64,000 nt of DNA, from assembly GCA_040437565.1 (NCBI GenBank), contig JBDOQK010000058.1, positions 62,001 to 126,000 of the forward strand, read 5' to 3'. The notes beneath the pieces are model-generated. The model worked only from the letters and a program-made list of their open reading frames with translations. It had not been told where the DNA came from and ran no database searches. Of the stretch, positions 57,534 to 64,000 are shown one piece after another; positions within the stretch are counted from its first letter, which is position 1; every line of letters begins with the position of its first letter. The translations under genes and the position numbers were made by a program. Source of the DNA: Albugo candida. Taxonomy: Eukaryota.

Positions 57534-58959
57534 TCATTTTGTTTCGATCAGCTGAAGGAGATACGGCCACAGAAAACTTGTCGTGCGGTCGAAAATCGAA
57601 TAAATGAAGCAATAAATGACCCAAAATGTGTACACTGCAAACAGAATTTAGCTGATTGAGAATGTTGTGACTGAACGTACGCGGCAAAAAGCTCAATGTG
57701 ACGAATGGAAGCACAATACATAAACAGAAAAATCCGATCCATAATTTTAAAACAATTGATTTTGACGCCTACGTGACACGGATGAGCAAAGTGCATGCAG
57801 AAGCTCTCATTCGTACCGGTAGCACCACATGTCGAGCCGAATCGGAGCTGGGGAATTTTTGATGCTTTGTAAAGTGCTTTAGCAATTCTTCCTTTGCTTT
57901 CCAACGCGTATCCAAAAACGTCTGTAAATCCTCTCTGACATGCTGATACTCAAACTTTTGTCCGTGGATCCAAATCGGTTTCCGAGACGATCGTCGTGCT
58001 AATAAAGTTTTCATCGACGGGATCTCTGTGTCGTGCTTCCGAGTGTACCCCATAGCTGTTGTGGGAATTTCTCCGGAATAACTGGGGAAGGCAATCGTCA
58101 TGTCGTAGATATCGGGCTCGGCTGCATCCACAGCGTCCAAAATGACTTGGAGGCCTGCGACTCGGGGAAGTAAAACCTTCTCGAATTTCGGTCGACCTTG
58201 CCTGAAAAACAAAGATTCAGCCTCTGACGAGCCGTACAATGCGCACTCATACTTTTCTGCAAACATTTTCGATTTCTCGACATATTCTTTGTGAATTGTA
58301 GTTCCTTCCGGGAAAAATACGAGCCAAAATGGGAATTCATCCTGAATGAGGCTTTACATATAATCTGTAGAACAGAGAGCCTAAGAGCCTGAGGGTTTGA
58401 GAGGGCATTCAGAATGGAATGCTTGCCTCGAATATGCTTGAGATCGTGATCCAGTCGACGACGAAGGAACAGAAACTCGAACCATCGCATTCCCCAGCCA
58501 ACGATCGGGACATACTTAAGCTGTTCCTTAAGTACGATTTTTATATTGCCGGCAGCTTGCGCTGATCGCGCCATTTGGAAGAGAAACCACCAATCCGAAT
58601 CGATTTGGTGATTGCAAAGGATTATGATTGGACGTGATGGATCCGTTGGAATGTCGCCGCTGTTGGTAGGAACTTATAATATAATTTTGAGATTGATTAT
58701 AAGAACGAACCAAAGCATTAAATTCGTTTTCGGGAAACAGGAGGACGCAATTTCGATCCATAGCGCTTGAATTGTAGAGCTAGATGCGATTAGAAGGAGA
58801 ATTGCTGGTAGAGGAGATTGCGTACCCTATGATTGTACGATACAGCGAAGTGTCAAATGGACGGATTAGGTAATATGTAGACACTTGAATTATATTGACG
58901 AGCATGGAATTCCATAGAAGCCATATTATATTAAAAACAGATCGCAAAAGCACAAGCAT
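57534..58959 (-). CDS. Lysocardiolipin/1-acylglycerol-3-phosphate acyltransferase (LCLAT1-like), with apparent in-frame TAA
   Basis: CNHQIDSDW, KIVLKEQLKYVPIVGWGM, FLFLRR, FFPEGT, VLLPRVAG, IYDMTIAF, RWKAKEELL. Multi-exon. Confidence 0.88.
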
Positions 58960-58996
58960 TCGGAATGTGGAATAAAGATGCGTTCGACCTAGCCGA

Positions 58997-59390
58997 TTAG
59001 GTACGATTTGAGCTCAAGTGATCGATTAAGTGCGAGGTATAGTGCAACGCATCAGCGTATACTTCAACAACGCCATCGATGTCACCCATCCCCGCCCATT
59101 CTTCAACCGAAGGACTACACACATCTGCGAGGTAAATTTGTATACAGATATACAGAAAAACTCGTATACTTTGCAAACTATTTTCATCACTAGAGNNNNN
59201 NNNNNNNNNNNNNNNNNNNNNNNNNNNNNNNNNNNNNNNNNNNNNNNNNNNNNNNNNNNNNNNNNNNNNNNNNNNNNNNNNNNNNNNNNNNNNNNAGGTA
59301 AATTTGTATACAGATATACAGAAAAACTCGTATACTTTGCAAACTATTTTCATCACTAGAGCAACGCTGCCTCATCTCGTTATATTTCAT
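58997..59390 (-). CDS. Possible small hypothetical protein
   Basis: Short spliceable ORF interrupted by a gap (MKYNEMRQR..|..EEWAGMGDIDGVVEVYADALHY). Confidence 0.25.
59130..59361. repeat. Gap-flanking direct duplication (59130-59195 = 59296-59361)
   Basis: 66 nt repeated across the gap at 59196-59295. Confidence 0.9.
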
Positions 59391-59575
59391 GTGGCTTCAG
59401 CCAAGTGCTCAGAAAATTACGGATATCTGTCATACAAATAATAATCCACGTTGTGTAAGCCGACCGTTCGCAAATACTTTGCTAAAATGCGATTGCTAAC
59501 ATCGCGTCGACAGCAACATTCCCTGTAGGCGTTAATTTATTGTAAGAAATTATATAGATATCACGCTTCATCGCA

Positions 59576-61396
59576 TCAGCTATCCAAAGCCAATGCCGGG
59601 CGCTTGGATGGCGGAATCATTGAAACTGACAATTCTGTAGGCATTGCGTCACCGTCTTTCGCTTTGTTGCACAAATACATTGCAACCGCAAACTCATCCT
59701 GATCAAGAAAACCATCCTTGTCCATATCAGCGAGCTCCCATATCGTCTTTAAAGCTTGCTGAGGGCACCCAGTTGCCTGCAGAGGAGCCATACAAATTGA
59801 GCCTGACGCTCGATTTGTCTGGGAATCAAGCTGCAAGGCCTGAAAAACGGCATCGAACTCCTCCTTAAACGGTGCGATATCCCAAATCGATTCGGCAGAT
59901 GCAAAGGGATTCGTAGTCGAAAAACTCGGCTGCCCATCAATAGCTTTGCCATCGTCCTTTTTTGGTAAAGCAGCCATCAGCTTTGGAATGTCTTTTGAAA
60001 GCAATTCATCGATTTCTTGTATTCCTTTCACATTCAAAGTAGCAAATTTTTGGAATTTGTGATCGATGAGTTTCTTCTGAAATTCGTCCAATTGCGGAAA
60101 ATCCCCAGGGGGAAGATGGTACCGTCGTTGCACTTCGCGGAAGGTTTCTCCGAGGTTCTCGATCAGTGCTTTTTGCTTCTTCTCCTTGCCAATCATCGCC
60201 GGCATTTTATCTCTCAAAACACCGATCAAGAAACAATGAACTTTAGCGAGACGAGCGCGTTTGACAAATTCATTGATTTTTCGTATGGCAGCGTTTTGAG
60301 GTAAATTACGCAGTTCGGTCAGCAAATCGTTTTCTTCTGCCTCAAATAACTCGGCGTTGTCGGTGAATGCCATTGGCTGATCCCAGAACGAGCCAATAAA
60401 AACACGCAAGACTTCTGGAGTTTTTAATACTTTTCCCATTGACCACATTAGTGCGCCGTACCTATTGGAGACTCATTAGGATCAGTGACTCGGAGTGGAA
60501 ATGATCAGAAAAAAGTGTGTGGTTTTTCATAGGCAAGAATGTGAATTCTCGAGCGCCTCAAAACCCCTGCGCAATGGGCGTTTTTCATCCTTTCATTTTA
60601 ATGGTACAAGTAACTTACACTCGCATGAGCCGCTGCCGATCGATTTGATCGGCTTTGTTGAGAACACATCGAATTTTATCATCGTGACCTACTCCAAGAA
60701 AGTAAGTGTCATAATTAATATACCTCAAGAAATAATAATACCTTTCAAAACCTCAATGACGCGCTGAAATTCGTCTGAAATATCTAATTTATGTGCGTCA
60801 AACAGTAGCAAGATCAAATCGGAGCGCTCTGCAAACCATCGAGCGACCTGTACGAAATCATAACCTCTTTGTATACGTTGCTTCTCACCCGATAAGATCC
60901 CTGGGGTGTCGATGACCGTAATATTTTCCAGCACTTTCGACGGCAATTGTGCGGCCTCAAATTTATTAAGGAATGCTGTTCCAAACATAGAGAGTCCTCC
61001 ATAAGGGAGATCGGGCGATACTGCAACCGCATTTCCAGGAATCGTGCGCTCTTCGTCTCCATACATAACTGCTACAAATCGGTCTGTCGTAGGCTCGGGG
61101 CCAATTCGTTGTCCAGGGAACGATCGACCCAATAAATACTCGATGAATGAAGTCTTACCGACAGAATACTGTCCAATCATAAGCACTTGAGGCTTCGCAT
61201 CAAAATCGGCATCACTCAACAACGGTGAATGAAACTCATCAAATTCGTATTTCTTTTCAAGAGGTCGGAGCTTTTGAGCGTAAAGTTTTTTGAGTCCATC
61301 GACAACAACTTTGCTTTTACTAACAACATCGACACCGTCTGCAGATAACAAAGCGCTCACGAGTCCAGAAACGGTACTTGCACTATGATCCGTCAT
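59576..61396 (-). CDS. EHD1: EH domain-containing ATPase (EHD1/RME-1)
   Basis: Three exons (introns 60689-60741 and 60462-60618). Motifs: GQYSVGKT, IGPEPTTDRF, DTPGILSGEKQR, LFDAHKLDISDE, FIGSFW, and the EH domain IWELADMDKDGFLDQDEFAVAM. Confidence 0.97.
60499..60598 (-). ncRNA. Intronic box C/D snoRNA, predicted guide for U6 snRNA 2'-O-methylation (C62, human numbering)
   Basis: Terminal stem AAAUGA/UCAUUU, C box AGGAUGA (60591-60585), D box CUGA (60508-60505), D' UUGA (60561-60558) preceded by UUGCGCAGGGG, which is complementary to U6 CCCCUGCGCAA. Confidence 0.8.
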
Positions 61397-61844
61397 CTTG
61401 CAGAGTTGAAGAGTCGCTTGCCGGGATCTTTTTTTAAGCGGTAGGTTGGGGCGACTGGTCAGCGAAAGGAGGGTATTCCGTAACCAGGATACATCTGCCT
61501 GAACGCGTAACCGACGAATGCTGAAATGAGTTGAGTTTGTGAAGTTCGTTATAGAGGGCGGCGAAATGGGTTCGCTGAGTCATTATATCGATAATCGGTG
61601 ATGATTGGACTAAATCAAGTATTGAGAAGCATCGAAACAGAAACTCGTCCCGGCCAGTACGCACTAAAAAGTACAGTTTGCACCGACGCAAGATATAAGC
61701 GCTATTTTTTTGATCACAGTAGTAGCGTGCAAAATGACAATACCTGAATGCAAATCTCACTCACAGTACCGAGGGTCGCGTGAGGAAGGTTACCACCACC
61801 CTAACCATTTTGAGAGTACAGGTGTACAGTTCCAATCTGATTCA

Positions 61845-63866
61845 ATGCGGAAGGAGGACGTCCCATGCGGGCGAAAAGGTACAACGGGCTGGAGCCGGAT
61901 GCAGCCTTCACACGTGACAAAGCATGGAGCAGCGCAGGAAAACAGCTCAGTCCTTTGCTTGATATGCTATGCTAATCATGTCAACGCTATCTTGGTACCA
62001 TGTCATCACCGATTTCATACGGGCTGTATACACAGCGAGTTAAAAAGCGGTCATTGTCCCGTTTGCCTGTCAGTGATCCAATCGGTACATCAATTGATAC
62101 TGCCAGAAGGACGGAGTACTAGAGCGAACTCAGAAGAGGACGTGGCGTGTGGTCGACCCACGGGGAATGGCTCGAATTACGCGATTACTTCGTCAGGTTA
62201 TGATTACAGCATTCATTCAGCAAACAGTGGTGAGGATGTGCAATCAACGGAGATTTTGAGGCGAGGGAAGTGGACTCGTGAGGAAAGTGAGTATTGTGAT
62301 CGACTGATTGAAGAATTCAAAAATGGTAATTTAGCACTCGCAGAAGGAACGACTTTACGTGCGTTTCTGTCAAGATTATTAAGGTGTGATCCCATGCGTA
62401 TATCTAAAAAGTATACTGGAGATCAGTGCATCGGAAAGGTATACTGTAACCTCACTTTTAAGAATTGTATCGTGTGTAACCTTATTTCTGATTCTACTCA
62501 GATCGTGTTTCGGAGAAAAGATCATGCAATTCCACAAGCCAAAATCGACAAAGCCCGTCACGATTTAGCAAAATTGGAAAAAGCATTTCTTGAACGTGAT
62601 CAGCTCAATCGACAGCGAAGAGAAAAACGGCTACGATGTCAATACAGCGATGAGACTTATCAGCCTCAGGTGTTTCGATACACTCAGAATCAGATTCCTG
62701 AATCTCACTATACATCTGCCTCAAACCTCACTTCAATGAATCTATCACGCAACGTACCCTTCACTTTGAATACCAATACATACATTATTCAGAATCAGAC
62801 TCAGACTCAGGACGCCAGGGTAAATGTGGAAAAAAATGAAGATATCAGTACGATACATCTTGCAGAAGCAAAGGCACCCAGTCTCAGCACATCCGTTAGC
62901 GCTATAGCACTTGCTTCCCTTGCACAAGATAGCTTAAACCCCTCTTGTATCTCTCAAATCGCATCCTTTGAGAATCTGGTCTCATTATTCCCTCGTGTCA
63001 CGTCGTTTGAGAATTTCGCGTTACTATCAGCTGGATCCAATACTCACATACAAAGCGGTCTGGATATCACAGAAGTATTCTCAGTATCCACAAGTGACTT
63101 TGAAAACTCCTTAGAACTTAAGAAAGAATCGGATTTTGCCTCGCATTCAATGGAACTACTTCTGACCAATTTGCATCCGCAACGAGCCAATATCTCCATA
63201 GAGCCACAAGATTCCGCATGGAAATCATCCAAATCCATTATGCATTTATCCCGATTTTCTGAAAATCCAGAACCATACGACCAAAAGGACGATACAAGTA
63301 TGGAAGACCTTACGGATAATGCAAGGCTGACTGAAATGAATAGACGGAAGCTATCAAATATGTCGGACTCTTCAACGAAGAAAGCCGCTTTAGAGACTGC
63401 TTCGAGCACAACCTCACTAGAAAAGTTATCGAGGATCGCCTCGAGCGATTTTCTAAGTCGTATCAACTCTGCGGATCATTTCACAACATTTGGTACAATG
63501 AGTAGTACATCATCTTATGGCTCTTTGACGAACCTCGTGGCATTTGGACGGTCTTGTCTACCACGTACTTCTTCGATAGAGGATATACTCTCGTTATTAG
63601 CTCCATCAGAAGCAAGTATGAGTACGAATTTTGGTCAAAATGAGACTCATGAGCGAATACATTTAGAATCTTGGAGTGAAGATAGCGTATCCGCTCTGAC
63701 TAGGAATAGTTTACAAGACGAAAAAAAAAGTGGTATGAATGAAGTGTCCGGCTACAGAAGCTTTGAGGAGACTGCAGCGACGCTACTTACGCTGGAAGGA
63801 GCACGATACATGAAGGGGAAGTCTGATCGACGAGATCTTGACAATATTTCAGATATAGACATGTAG
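61845..63866 (+). CDS. RING finger + stramenopile Myb-like (LRRGKW..CDPMRISKK) putative transcription regulator
   Basis: RING: CLIC..PCHHRFHTGC..CPVC. Myb-like: LRRGKWTREESEYCDRLIEEF..GTTLRAFLSRLLRCDPMRISKKY. In-frame intron at 62439-62501. The start codon is uncertain. Confidence 0.8.
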   Translation: MRKEDVPCGRKGTTGWSRMQPSHVTKHGAAQENSSVLCLICYANHVNAILVPCHHRFHTGCIHSELKSGHCPVCLSVIQSVHQLILPEGRSTRANSEEDVACGRPTGNGSNYAITSSGYDYSIHSANSGEDVQSTEILRRGKWTREESEYCDRLIEEFKNGNLALAEGTTLRAFLSRLLRCDPMRISKKYTGDQCIGKVYCNLTFKNCIVCNLISDSTQIVFRRKDHAIPQAKIDKARHDLAKLEKAFLERDQLNRQRREKRLRCQYSDETYQPQVFRYTQNQIPESHYTSASNLTSMNLSRNVPFTLNTNTYIIQNQTQTQDARVNVEKNEDISTIHLAEAKAPSLSTSVSAIALASLAQDSLNPSCISQIASFENLVSLFPRVTSFENFALLSAGSNTHIQSGLDITEVFSVSTSDFENSLELKKESDFASHSMELLLTNLHPQRANISIEPQDSAWKSSKSIMHLSRFSENPEPYDQKDDTSMEDLTDNARLTEMNRRKLSNMSDSSTKKAALETASSTTSLEKLSRIASSDFLSRINSADHFTTFGTMSSTSSYGSLTNLVAFGRSCLPRTSSIEDILSLLAPSEASMSTNFGQNETHERIHLESWSEDSVSALTRNSLQDEKKSGMNEVSGYRSFEETAATLLTLEGARYMKGKSDRRDLDNISDIDM

Positions 63867-64000
63867 CTCCACACGACATGCGTGGATACTATTCCACTCG
63901 TGGTCCACAGAGCCGATATCATGTTTTTGAGTTGTTGGGAAGTATATGTACTGAACAAAGGAAATCTCTCTCGGAACGTTCCGCTTGTGATTGTCTTGAT

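Noticed and set aside
1-64000. tRNA, rRNA, CRISPR arrays, intact transposons, RxLR/CRN effectors
   Set aside because: None recognised by eye. The sequence is eukaryotic and no transposase, RT or LxLFLAK motifs were seen.

Overview
Eukaryotic, gene-dense genomic window from an oomycete, most likely Albugo (white rust). This is inferred from ~50-60 nt GT-AG introns, very short intergenic spacers, a mitochondrion-targeted enolase, a ciliary AK7, oomycete-type domain fusions and a CHxC/CCG-type effector. Recognisable housekeeping genes: EBP2, eIF4G, glutamine synthetase, FATP/VLCS, TCAIM-like, VPS13-like, ATG5, AK7, enolase, PRP38-like, NUDT1, LCLAT1-like acyltransferase and EHD1. A gene-sparse island (~17.6-27.3 kb) holds a tandem pair of decaying CHxC/CCG effector paralogs. 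The most notable items are a cyclin-CDK-pseudokinase fusion, an unannotated intronic box C/D snoRNA predicted to guide U6 Cm62, a VPS13-like protein with a membrane anchor, EF-hands and nested C2 domains, and a duplicated insert inside the eIF4G MIF4G domain. Nine 100-N gaps are present, and eight are flanked by direct duplications that are probably assembly artefacts. All family assignments come from motif recognition by eye, not from database searches.
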